Assembly: GCA_002373935.1 (NCBI GenBank)
Contig: DFKW01000002.1
Span: forward strand, 4,819 to 68,818
Source: Alphaproteobacteria bacterium UBA3635
GTDB taxonomy: Bacteria > Pseudomonadota > Alphaproteobacteria > Rs-D84
Length of the DNA: 64,000 bases
Direction of reading: 5' to 3'
Shown: positions 35,826-44,629 of the stretch, piece after piece
Layout: every line of letters starts with the position of its first letter
Position numbering within the stretch: position 1 is the first letter of the stretch
The notes under the pieces: generated by a model
What the model saw: only the letters and a program-made list of their open reading frames with translations
What the model was told of the DNA's origin: nothing
The model's database searches: none
Program-made: the position numbers and the translations under genes

Positions 35826-37763
35826 TTAATCGGCGGATTTTTTTGATTTTTTATGTTCACGCAAAACACGTTTTGCACCTTTGGTTGCCGTATCAGTTTT
35901 TTCCACAGATTTTGCCGATTTTTTACCAAATATAATTTCGCGGATTTCATCCCCGGTCAATGTTTCGCGTTTCAACAATTCATCCGCCAGGCGCGCCACG
36001 GTCTTTTTATTTTTTGTTAAAATTTTGACCGCGTCTTTATACGCCACATCCAACCAAGAACGAACCTCGGTATCAACTAACTCGGCGGTTTTTTCCGACG
36101 CCGTTTCCAATTGCGAACGCGTACCAAAAGATGTCACCTGCTTTACCGCAACCATACCCAGTTTTGGTGACAATCCCGCCGTTGCAATCGCATACCGTGC
36201 CAGGCGCGTTGCCTGGTCAATATCGCTTTCGGCACCCGTCGTGATTTTGTCCGCACCAAAAAATATTTGTTCCGCCGCACGCCCCGCCAAAGACACCGCC
36301 AAATCGGCACGAACCTCGGCCACGGTCATGGAAACTTTGTCATCCACCGGCAAATGTTGCACCATCCCCAGCGCACGTCCACGCGGAATAATTGTCGCCT
36401 TTAAAATAGGATCGGTCACATCGGCATACATCATACTGACGAACGCGTGTCCGGCCTCGTGATGGGCGGCCAATTTGATGTCCGCGGGTCGCATTTTACG
36501 ATTTTTCTTGGGCCCCATTAAAATTTTATCGCGTGCCTCGTCCAGGTCAGATTGTTCCACCGATTTATGTCCCGCACGCACCGCATGCAACGCGCCCTCG
36601 TTCAACAGGTTTTCCAAATCTGCGCCCGAAAAACCGGTTGTGCCGCGCGCGACATTATGCATATCAACATCCCCAGATATTTTGAATTTTTTCGCATGTA
36701 ATTGCAAAATCGCGTCACGTCCCGCCAAATCAGGCAATTCAATTTGCACCTGGCGATCGAAACGTCCCGGACGCAATAATGCCGCATCCAACATATCCGG
36801 ACGATTTGTTGCACCAATTACAATAATCCCGGTTTCGTTTGCAAACCCATCCATTTCAATCAACAACTGATTCAGTGTTTGTTCGCGGTCTTGGTCGTTC
36901 AGCGAATGCGAACTGCGTTTTTGTCCAATAGCATCGATTTCATCAATAAACAAAATACACGGCGCATTGCGTTTTGCCATTTCAAACATTTCTTTGATTT
37001 TCGCAACGCCCAGCCCAACGATAATTCCGGAAAAATCACTGCCCGATGTGGCAAAGAACGGAACATTTGCCTCGCCTGCGATGGCACGCGCCAACAATGT
37101 TTTACCCGTTCCCGGTTCACCCGACAACAACACGCCACGCGGCACACGCGCGCCCAGCGCACGGAATTTATCTTTATTTTTCAAAAACTCGACAATTTCC
37201 ATCAATTCTTGTTTTTCAGAATCAATTCCCGCGACATCTGCAAATGTAGTTTTTGGTTTGCCGGTCGTGACCTTGGTCGGGTTTTGCGCCAACAGTGTCC
37301 GATTTAATCCGCCCGCACCACCGCGCAGCCCACGAAACAGCCAAAATATAAACAACAACGAAAACAGTATCGGCAACCATATTCCCAACACATCCAACAC
37401 ACCACGTGATGCATCAATCGAAACAGTTGCACCTTTATCCGATAAATTTTTCAAAAATTCAGTGTCCGAATTGACGGTCGCGGTAAATTTTGTTCCGTCT
37501 TTTAATACGCCGGTGGCATCCGTCCCACGCACCGTCACACTTTTAATATCACCCGCACGACGCAACACATCCGAAAAAGACAACACAACGGGTTTATCAC
37601 TGACCACGACAGGCGCGGCATCCACCAACGATGTATTTTCTGTATTTAATACCATATTCGATGCGCGTTCCCCAACAAAAGTGCGCACAATCAAAACCGC
37701 AAACAAAACCACAAACAGTATTAAAAACAGCCAAGATTTATCATTTATTTTTACTTTTTTCAT
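35826..37763 (-). CDS. ftsH: ATP-dependent zinc metalloprotease FtsH
   Basis: 645 aa. Two TM helices, Walker A GEPGTGKT and zinc site HEAGH. Confidence 0.97.
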   Translation of the reverse strand: MKKVKINDKSWLFLILFVVLFAVLIVRTFVGERASNMVLNTENTSLVDAAPVVVSDKPVVLSFSDVLRRAGDIKSVTVRGTDATGVLKDGTKFTATVNSDTEFLKNLSDKGATVSIDASRGVLDVLGIWLPILFSLLFIFWLFRGLRGGAGGLNRTLLAQNPTKVTTGKPKTTFADVAGIDSEKQELMEIVEFLKNKDKFRALGARVPRGVLLSGEPGTGKTLLARAIAGEANVPFFATSGSDFSGIIVGLGVAKIKEMFEMAKRNAPCILFIDEIDAIGQKRSSHSLNDQDREQTLNQLLIEMDGFANETGIIVIGATNRPDMLDAALLRPGRFDRQVQIELPDLAGRDAILQLHAKKFKISGDVDMHNVARGTTGFSGADLENLLNEGALHAVRAGHKSVEQSDLDEARDKILMGPKKNRKMRPADIKLAAHHEAGHAFVSMMYADVTDPILKATIIPRGRALGMVQHLPVDDKVSMTVAEVRADLAVSLAGRAAEQIFFGADKITTGAESDIDQATRLARYAIATAGLSPKLGMVAVKQVTSFGTRSQLETASEKTAELVDTEVRSWLDVAYKDAVKILTKNKKTVARLADELLKRETLTGDEIREIIFGKKSAKSVEKTDTATKGAKRVLREHKKSKKSAD

Positions 37764-38718
37764 GTCTTTTCTTCCTAAATGTTGTTTTGGCGCCCTCGGG
37801 TACGACCAAAATTTTATTATTCAATCGACGCAACACGCAATGTCCCAATGTAAATTTGCAATCGCCGCGCAATTTATCCAATGCATTTGTCAAAGAATTC
37901 AACCGCGGTGGATATTTATCACCACCAATTTTTTGAATCAATGTGCCGATGAATTTTAATCGAACATCCCCATCCAGGTCAAACAGAAAAACATCCAAAA
38001 ACATCGCACGTCCATCTTCTATAACCGTATCAACCAATTCCGACACATCGCGTTCGATTTTATCGCGCAACCGCCCCAGGTTTTGAATTGCCAACAAAAT
38101 GCGCGCATCACTGATACCCAACTTTTCATCCATTAAATGCCGATTTTGGCGAATTTTCACACGCGTATAGTGTGGATCATGATTCATTTCATCAATAAAA
38201 TATTTAACATTATTCGCATCGCACCACTCACGCAGTTCGCGCCGCGACACATCTAACAACGGCCGCACGATTTTGACCCCGTCACGAACGGTTTCGCGTC
38301 GCATCGCCGCCAATCCATACAACCCACTGCCCCTAGCCAAATTCATCAAAAAAGTTTCGATTTGGTCATCGGCCTGGTGCGCGACAAACAACGCATCAAT
38401 ATTATTTTGTTTGCAAAAATCCGTCATAAATTTATACCGCGCATCACGTGCCGCACTTTCCAGTCCCGGCATATTTTTATCCCCCGCCCAATAAAAAATA
38501 TGGCACGGCACATGCAGCGCATCGCACAAATCGCGCACATATTGTGTTTCCACATCGGCAACCGCGCGCAATCCGTGATTTACATGCAACGCCACCACAT
38601 CCAAGCCCGCATCAACACACCAATGCACCAGGCAAACCGAATCCACACCACCACTGACCGCGACGGCGATTTTTTTACCACGGAAATTTTCAACAAAATG
38701 CAAAAAATTACTATTCAT
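37741..38718 (-). CDS. tilS: tRNA(Ile)-lysidine synthetase
   Basis: 325 aa. PP-loop VAVSGGVDS. Sits upstream of ftsH in the usual synteny, overlapping it by 23 nt. Confidence 0.9.
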   Translation of the reverse strand: MNSNFLHFVENFRGKKIAVAVSGGVDSVCLVHWCVDAGLDVVALHVNHGLRAVADVETQYVRDLCDALHVPCHIFYWAGDKNMPGLESAARDARYKFMTDFCKQNNIDALFVAHQADDQIETFLMNLARGSGLYGLAAMRRETVRDGVKIVRPLLDVSRRELREWCDANNVKYFIDEMNHDPHYTRVKIRQNRHLMDEKLGISDARILLAIQNLGRLRDKIERDVSELVDTVIEDGRAMFLDVFLFDLDGDVRLKFIGTLIQKIGGDKYPPRLNSLTNALDKLRGDCKFTLGHCVLRRLNNKILVVPEGAKTTFRKKRHEKSKNK

Positions 38719-38767
38719 AACACACGCATTTTATGATATAATTTCGAAAAATAAAGGAAAAACATAA

Positions 38768-39334
38768 ATGAAACAACGAATAAAATCTGCGGCGGTATAT
38801 TGTGGACACGAATTTGGTAACGACCCGAAATTTGCGCGTGATGCGGCACGGGTGGGGGAATTATTGGCAAAACATAAAATCAAATTGATATTTGGCGGTG
38901 GCGATGTTGGTTTAATGGGGACGGTGTGCCGTGCGACATTGGACAACGGCGGTGCGGTCTTGGGTGTCACAACCGAACACATTATTGCCCGCCAAGAACC
39001 GGCACACACCGGCATTGAATTACGCATGAAAAATTCAATAAACGCACGAAAAACCGAAATGTTTAATGAATCCGATGCATTTATAATTTTACCTGGGGGA
39101 TTGGGGACATTAAACGAATTGACCGACATCATGACGATGCAGCAAATTGGTGAAACGCAAAAGCCACTGTTTTTCTTGGACACATCGCATTTTTGGCATC
39201 CGTTTTCACGCCTGTTTATACACATGCAAAATTGCGGATTTATCGAAGATGTGCATCACTATAAAATCTATGGCGCCCGCACCCCGGACGAGTTAATGAA
39301 AAAAATATTAAATTATTCCGCAACAGAATACTAA
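38768..39334 (+). CDS. LOG-family (TIGR00730-type) nucleotide phosphoribohydrolase
   Basis: 188 aa with the PGGLGTLNEL motif and GGGDVGLMG. Confidence 0.85.
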   Translation: MKQRIKSAAVYCGHEFGNDPKFARDAARVGELLAKHKIKLIFGGGDVGLMGTVCRATLDNGGAVLGVTTEHIIARQEPAHTGIELRMKNSINARKTEMFNESDAFIILPGGLGTLNELTDIMTMQQIGETQKPLFFLDTSHFWHPFSRLFIHMQNCGFIEDVHHYKIYGARTPDELMKKILNYSATEY

Positions 39335-39356
39335 CATCACAACACGCAATTCGGAT

Positions 39357-39387
39357 AAAAAAAATCCCGCAAAAGCGGGATTTTTTA
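39357..39387. terminator. Bidirectional terminator between the LOG gene and tig
   Basis: A-run, TCCCGC-AAAA-GCGGGA, T-run. Confidence 0.8.
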
Positions 39388-40683
39388 TTTCACATCGGCC
39401 TGTTGAAACAATTCCGTTGCCGGAACCTTTTTGTCACGTGTTTTGACATTTTTCAACATTTCATCCAACGCCTTGCGTTCAAACAGCATGCCACGCAACA
39501 TCGCCATCGCATTTTGATTTTTGTTATAAAATTCAAAAATCTGTTTCGGATCCGGATAACGTGATGCCTCGGCCCAAATTGCCTGCTGCATATCGTCACG
39601 GGTGACCGCAACTTTGTTTTTGTTGCCCCACTCTGCCAAAATCAGACCCAATTTTACACGACGTTCCGCCTCTTTCTTTTCGGATTTTTCATCCCATTTG
39701 TGCTCGTGACCGTGTTCAGCGTTATGGTGTTCGTGTTCTTGACGCGCCATCGCCAATTCTTGTTCAACCAATGTTGCCGGCAAATCCATTTTGACTTTAT
39801 CCGCCAACACATCCAACAATTCGTTGCGCATTGCGCGTTGGGATGCATCCGCATATTGTTCGTTCAAAATGTCACGGATGTGCGCACGCAATTTTTCAAC
39901 AGAATCAAATCCAACCGTTTTCGCCAATTCGTCATTTAATTCCGGCAAAATGTGTTTGCGAACCTCGTGCAAGACGGTTGCAAAGCGCGCCTTTTTACCC
40001 GCCAAATTTTCTGCATGGTAATCGGCCGGGAATTTGACATTTACATCAAATTTGTCGCCCGATTTGTGCCCGATGATTTGGTCTTCGAATCCCGGAATAA
40101 AAGAACCCGAACCCAAAACCAGATGATGTTTCGTCGCCGCACCACCTTCGAACGCATCGTCACCAATGAACCCGGTGAAATCAATCACCGCGGTATCGCC
40201 ATTTTGTGCCGCGTATGCGTCATCTTGTTTTTCGGCCGTGCTGCGCGAACGACGGATGTTTTCGATGGCCTTTTCAACCTCGGTTTCATCCAGTTCGGCA
40301 ACCGGTTTTGTGACGGTAATTTTACCTAAATCGATTTCCGGCAATTCCGGCAGAATATCAAATTCCAATGTGTATTCGGCATCTTTGCCCATTTCCCATT
40401 TCGGCAAATCCGCACGTGGCGCCGCCGCCAGACGAATATGTTTTTCATCCAAATACGCGTTCAAATCGCGGTTCATCAATTTATCAATCGCGTCCGCCGT
40501 TGCATTTGCATTGAATTTCTGGCGCAACACAGATAATGGAATATGTCCCGCACGAAATCCCGGCATTTTCGCCGTTTTGCCATATTCTGATAAAATTTCG
40601 TCCGCCGCCGCCTGGATGTCCGCCGCCGTGATAACGCCATTTACAGAATAATGTAAATCTTTGACTTTTTCTTTCTTTATCAT
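39385..40683 (-). CDS. tig: Trigger factor
   Basis: 432 aa from ATG 40683. Ribosome-binding PGFRAGHIP motif, central FKBP-like domain and a helical C-domain. Confidence 0.93.
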   Translation of the reverse strand: MIKKEKVKDLHYSVNGVITAADIQAAADEILSEYGKTAKMPGFRAGHIPLSVLRQKFNANATADAIDKLMNRDLNAYLDEKHIRLAAAPRADLPKWEMGKDAEYTLEFDILPELPEIDLGKITVTKPVAELDETEVEKAIENIRRSRSTAEKQDDAYAAQNGDTAVIDFTGFIGDDAFEGGAATKHHLVLGSGSFIPGFEDQIIGHKSGDKFDVNVKFPADYHAENLAGKKARFATVLHEVRKHILPELNDELAKTVGFDSVEKLRAHIRDILNEQYADASQRAMRNELLDVLADKVKMDLPATLVEQELAMARQEHEHHNAEHGHEHKWDEKSEKKEAERRVKLGLILAEWGNKNKVAVTRDDMQQAIWAEASRYPDPKQIFEFYNKNQNAMAMLRGMLFERKALDEMLKNVKTRDKKVPATELFQQADVK

Positions 40684-40754
40684 ATGTGTATCTCCATAAA
40701 AATCAGAAAATTTTCCCCGCCACATATTGCGGGGAAAATAGGTATAAAGTTGGT

Positions 40755-41297
40755 TTAACGTTTGCTGAACTGTGTCGAACGACGCGCCTTGCGCACACCA
40801 TAGTGTTTACGTTCAACGACACGACTATCGCGGGTCAAGAACCCGGCCGATTTCAACGCCGCACGCAATTCAGGTTCGCGTTTTTCCAATGCCTTGGAAA
40901 TACCATGTTTAACCGCACCGGCCTGGCCCGACAAACCACCGCCCATCACGAACGCGACAATGTCGTATTCGGTTTCGCGACGCGTCACACCAAACGGTTG
41001 CGCAATAATCATTTGCAACACCGGACGACGGAAATATTCCACCATCGAAACACCATTCACCGTGATATTACCATGACCCGGCAATAAATATACACGTGCC
41101 ACAGAATCCTTGCGTTTGCCGGTTGCATATGTTGCACCCGTCAATTTCACATTTGCAGTTGCCACTGCGGTTTTTGCCGCCGCCTTGACTGTTGTGGTTT
41201 TCGTTGCAGTTTTGGTTGCGGCCTTGGTCGCAGTTGTTTTTTTCGCAACAGTTTTTTTCGCTGTTGTTTTTGCAGTTGTCTTTTTTGCTTCTGTCAT
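40755..41297 (-). CDS. rpsI: 30S ribosomal protein S9 with ~50-aa Lys/Thr/Ala-rich N-terminal extension
   Basis: The C-terminal ~125 aa is S9 ([10 protein letters not shown] ... [12 protein letters not shown]). The N-terminus is [18 protein letters not shown]-type repeats. Confidence 0.93.
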   Translation of the reverse strand: MTEAKKTTAKTTAKKTVAKKTTATKAATKTATKTTTVKAAAKTAVATANVKLTGATYATGKRKDSVARVYLLPGHGNITVNGVSMVEYFRRPVLQMIIAQPFGVTRRETEYDIVAFVMGGGLSGQAGAVKHGISKALEKREPELRAALKSAGFLTRDSRVVERKHYGVRKARRSTQFSKR

Positions 41298-41300
41298 AAC

Positions 41301-41771
41301 TTATCCTCTTTTATTTTTGGGATTCAGGCCTGCAAAATCGATTACAACTGGATTTTGCGCACTGTGTTTGTGTTCCGCACCGGCATACACATGCAATTTG
41401 GTCAAACGTTTGTCCGCCAATGCAACCGTTGTGCGACGTCCCATCATGCGTTTCACCGCGTTTTTAACCAACAAAGTCGGTTTTTCCGCACGCATTTGAC
41501 CCAATGTGCGTTCTTTTAATCCGCCGGTCCACGCCGAATGCCAATAAAATTTATCTTTATCGGCCTTGTGCCCAGACAATGCAATTTTGTCAGCATTAAT
41601 AATGATAACATGATCACCACAATCCAAATTCGGTGTCCATGTTGGTTTGTTTTTCCCGCGCAAGATGTTTGCCGTAAACGCCGCCAAACGTCCCAATGTG
41701 CAGTCAGTCGCGTCAATCAGATACCATTTGGCCTCTAACTCGCAACCCTTTAAAGATTTTGTTGCTACCAT
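41301..41771 (-). CDS. rplM: 50S ribosomal protein L13
   Basis: 156 aa. L13 core, upstream of rpsI as usual. Confidence 0.95.
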   Translation of the reverse strand: MVATKSLKGCELEAKWYLIDATDCTLGRLAAFTANILRGKNKPTWTPNLDCGDHVIIINADKIALSGHKADKDKFYWHSAWTGGLKERTLGQMRAEKPTLLVKNAVKRMMGRRTTVALADKRLTKLHVYAGAEHKHSAQNPVVIDFAGLNPKNKRG

Positions 41772-41893
41772 ATTTTAACCCTTTGTTTAATATGAACGAC
41801 ACGATTATGCCGCACACCCGCCAAAAAGTCAAGAAAAATCAATACGGTATTATTATACCGCAAATTTTGGTTATTGTTTGTGCAAACAAACAA

Positions 41894-41969
41894 TTAAGAA
41901 AATTTAGCGTCACGCCGTAGCATTGCACAAAAATTGAAAACAACCTTTGTTTTATCAGCGTAGGCGGAC
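41894..41969 (+). repeat. 76-nt repeat family, copy C (most diverged)
   Basis: TTAAGAAAATTTAGCGTCACGCCGTAGCATTG ... TATCAGCGTAGGCGGAC. Confidence 0.7.
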
Positions 41970-41992
41970 AAAATTTTTATCAAATAAAATTC

Positions 41993-42490
41993 TCAATATT
42001 TTATTTTTTTCAATATCAAATAAAAATCAGGAACCTGTTTTGGTGCCATACCATTTAACAAACCGACCAAACCGACCGAACCAAACGGCGCATAAAAATT
42101 ACCATCAAAATTGTAATATTCACGCACAGCATCATTTATTTTTTTATCTAATTCAGACATTTGCATATGAATCATCATATCCCAAACTTTTTCTTGGATT
42201 TCATCATATTTATAATCGCCAAACCTGTAATTATCCCAAAAATAAGACAAAATTTGTTCTGCTTGTTTTTTGTTCAAATCCCGAATGTGTTTTGGAAAAT
42301 TATAACGCGGATGCGCCGCACGATACATATCCAACTTTTCTTGATTCACACCATAAGTATTTTTATATGCCAGATTAGCATTTTGTGTTGGTTTTTCGTA
42401 TTCTAAAACATCTGCTATAAAATTTGATGCCCTATCTGCAAAAGAAACCACAGGTGCCAACAGCGCAAATATAAATACAATTTTTTTCAT
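41993..42490 (-). CDS. Secreted paralog of the GH108-like domain (165 aa)
   Basis: ATG 42490 and signal peptide MKKIVFIFALLAPVVSFA. NTYGVNQEKLDMYRAAHPRYNFPKHIRDLNKKQAEQI parallels NAGITQPALDVYNADHPNFNFPYKVKDLNGDQAQQI of the upstream gene. Confidence 0.65.
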   Translation of the reverse strand: MKKIVFIFALLAPVVSFADRASNFIADVLEYEKPTQNANLAYKNTYGVNQEKLDMYRAAHPRYNFPKHIRDLNKKQAEQILSYFWDNYRFGDYKYDEIQEKVWDMMIHMQMSELDKKINDAVREYYNFDGNFYAPFGSVGLVGLLNGMAPKQVPDFYLILKKIKY

Positions 42491-42521
42491 ACAGCGATTA
42501 TAAAAATATTTATTTATAAAA

Positions 42522-43376
42522 TCAATATCTGTTCGTTCGATTTGTCCAACCACGACCATATTTGCCCCAACCAGATAAACCACGCAGATATTTAATTCTG
42601 TTTTCTTTTAAATCTTGCATAAAATCAACAATTTTATTGTATGGTATACTATTCAAAGCATCGATGGTATTAGTCCCAATTTTACCATCTATTTTTAGAT
42701 TTGTGCCGATTGAATTATTCAATGTTTCTTGAACAATTTTTCCAACATTGTTAAAATTACTCATAACACCCATATCAAAAACAGCAAACGCGATACGATC
42801 ATTGGCAATTTTATCAATACCACGTTCATCATAGTAATCCTCGCTATAAATTTGTTGTGCCTGATCGCCGTTCAAATCTTTTACCTTATATGGAAAATTA
42901 AAATTCGGATGGTCTGCATTATACACATCTAATGCCGGTTGGGTTATACCTGCATTTGTTGGTTGGTCTATCTGTTCTGGATCATCGGCATAACCACCTT
43001 CGTTCGCCATAGTTTTACGAATAATGCTTTGTTTGCGCTTATCTGCAACAGGTTTATCTTTGTCGTCTAATTCCTGTTCTTCTATCCAACAACGACAATT
43101 ATCGTGATGTGGATTATCTGGAATATCCGCCTCGTTTTCATAAATAGTCCCAGAAAATTTCAAACACTCATCACAAGTTTTCTCATCTATCTCAGCCCGC
43201 CAAACCCATACTTTTCTAACAGTTATATTTCGCCCGGTTATATCCGTTATGCTATCGCTATACTTATGTTCAAAATAAGTTTGTACCTGTTTGGAAACAT
43301 CTATATGATTTGGATTACTAGAATTTACATACGCATCACTTTGCATTAAATTTAATATCTCATTTGGTGTTTTCAT
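42522..43376 (-). CDS. Fusion protein: MuF-like C-terminal motif + GH108-type lysozyme + PG_binding_3-like domain (284 aa)
   Basis: ATG 43376 after an AAAGGAG SD. W..AEIDEKTCDECLKFSGTIY...PHHDNCRC matches the Phage_Mu_F/SPP1 gp7 motif. ANEGGYADDP...NAGITQ matches GH108. The tail ends GWGKYGRGWTNR. Confidence 0.7.
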   Translation of the reverse strand: MKTPNEILNLMQSDAYVNSSNPNHIDVSKQVQTYFEHKYSDSITDITGRNITVRKVWVWRAEIDEKTCDECLKFSGTIYENEADIPDNPHHDNCRCWIEEQELDDKDKPVADKRKQSIIRKTMANEGGYADDPEQIDQPTNAGITQPALDVYNADHPNFNFPYKVKDLNGDQAQQIYSEDYYDERGIDKIANDRIAFAVFDMGVMSNFNNVGKIVQETLNNSIGTNLKIDGKIGTNTIDALNSIPYNKIVDFMQDLKENRIKYLRGLSGWGKYGRGWTNRTNRY

Positions 43377-43394
43377 AATATTTCTCCTTTTATT

Positions 43395-43424
43395 AAAATA
43401 AAAATCCGCCGAAAACGCGGCGGA
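43395..43424 (-). terminator. Leader hairpin T3 upstream of the MuF-GH108 gene
   Basis: TCCGCCG-CGTTTT-CGGCGGA followed by TTTTTATTTT on the minus strand. Confidence 0.55.
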
Positions 43425-43427
43425 AAT

Positions 43428-43454
43428 AAAAAAACAGGCGACAAAATGTCGCCC
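43428..43454 (-). terminator. Leader hairpin T2
   Basis: GGCGAC-ATTTT-GTCGCC followed by TGTTTTTTT on the minus strand. Confidence 0.55.
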
Positions 43455-43489
43455 ACCAAGATATACATATATTATATCACAAAACACCC

Positions 43490-43523
43490 AAAAAATCAAT
43501 CAAAACCCGCCAAAATGGCGGGT
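43490..43523 (-). terminator. Terminator T1 after the Nudix gene
   Basis: CCCGCC-ATTTT-GGCGGG followed by TTTTGATTGATTTTTT on the minus strand. Confidence 0.65.
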
Positions 43524-43566
43524 AAACTTCCAGACAACAAGGAATCTCGTTGCGAATCTCTAATAA

Positions 43567-44172
43567 CTAAACAAGTAAGTTTTGTTGAATAATACTTTGC
43601 AAAACAAAACCATATTTGATTATTGGCGTTTCATCGGGCGCGACCAGAAAATCGTTTTTTGCAATATTTACATCAATCGTTTTATCAATTGTAATTTTTG
43701 TTGCCCCAACAGAGGCTTTTTTATCTGTTAATAAATCCAAACAATCTTTTGCGTTTATACGAACCAAACCAGTTACTTCGGATTCTTGAAAACTAAAATT
43801 GGAAAAACCAACAGGCAATTTATTCTTATATACATGCGCAAAGGCGCGATCATGCCAATTTTTTTGTGGTTTATCTTGTCGCCAGAATACAATTTCCAAA
43901 GGAATCGCATCAGCCCCATCTATATTCAATCCAATTTCTTCATAAATTTCACGTTGGAACGCGTCACGTACCGTCTCAGCCGCCAACACATGCCCTGATG
44001 CGGTCGTATACAATTTTCCAGAATCTGCACGAATTTGAAAATATACATTTCCGTCCTCATCGTATATCCAACAATGAACCGTCTTGTGCCACAAACCACG
44101 TTCGTGCACAGTTTGACGCGATTCTGTCCCTATTTTATTCATATATTCGTCATAGATATCTAGTTTTTCCAT
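43567..44172 (-). CDS. Nudix hydrolase
   Basis: 201 aa with the Nudix box GHVLAAETVRDAFQREIYEEIGL. Confidence 0.85.
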   Translation of the reverse strand: MEKLDIYDEYMNKIGTESRQTVHERGLWHKTVHCWIYDEDGNVYFQIRADSGKLYTTASGHVLAAETVRDAFQREIYEEIGLNIDGADAIPLEIVFWRQDKPQKNWHDRAFAHVYKNKLPVGFSNFSFQESEVTGLVRINAKDCLDLLTDKKASVGATKITIDKTIDVNIAKNDFLVAPDETPIIKYGFVLQSIIQQNLLV

Positions 44173-44271
44173 AATTTGTTCCTTTCACACAACATAATAT
44201 CAAACCATATAAATTTTGAAAAGCCAAAAAATTACCCCGCCACTTTGGCGGTTTTGATAAACGAAAATTGG

Positions 44272-44347
44272 TGGCTACGACGGGGGATTCCCTCGGTCGG
44301 CTTTGCCGACACTGCGGGGAAACCGTGACGATTTGATTGCAATGCGC
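44272..44347 (-). pseudogene. Degenerate tRNA-Ser(CGA)-like relic ending in ...GCCACCA
   Basis: Aligns to the 3' two-thirds of the adjacent tRNA, with a T-loop deletion, a changed acceptor and an inserted hairpin. Followed by a 37/39 copy of the tRNA downstream terminator. Confidence 0.6.
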
Positions 44348-44368
44348 TTATCAAAAAAATATAATTTT

Positions 44369-44446
44369 GCCCGCCTACGCCGACAAAAACAAAGTATTTT
44401 TTCCAGATTACGAACAATGCTACGGCGCGGCACTCAATTTTCTTAA
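44369..44446 (-). repeat. 76-nt repeat family, copy D
   Basis: The reverse complement reads TTAAGAAAATTGAGTGCCGCGCCGTAGCATTG ... TGTCGGCGTAGGCGGGC. Confidence 0.8.
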
Positions 44447-44489
44447 ATCAAAAACCGCCATATTGGCGGTTTTGATAAACGAAAATTGG

Positions 44490-44580
44490 TGGCGGAGATA
44501 GGGGGATTCGAACCCTCGATACGGTCGCCCGTATACACGATTTCGAGTCGTGCGCATTCAACCAGCTCTGCCATATCTCC
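44490..44580 (-). tRNA. tRNA-Ser, anticodon CGA (class II)
   Basis: Acceptor GGAGATA/TATCTCC, anticodon stem CACGA/TCGTG with loop CTCGAAA, long variable arm, T arm GAGGG-TTCGAAT-CCCCC, encoded CCA. Confidence 0.9.
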
Positions 44581-44629
44581 TAGAAACCGACGAACCTGAT
44601 TATATTCATTTCTTTTTATTTTTCAACAA

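Noticed and set aside
36967-37959. 330-aa plus-strand ORF, the longest of several antisense to ftsH
   Set aside because: It lies entirely antisense to a full-length, motif-complete ftsH. It is low-complexity and Pro/Ser/Arg-rich, with no SD and no recognisable family. It is a typical shadow ORF.
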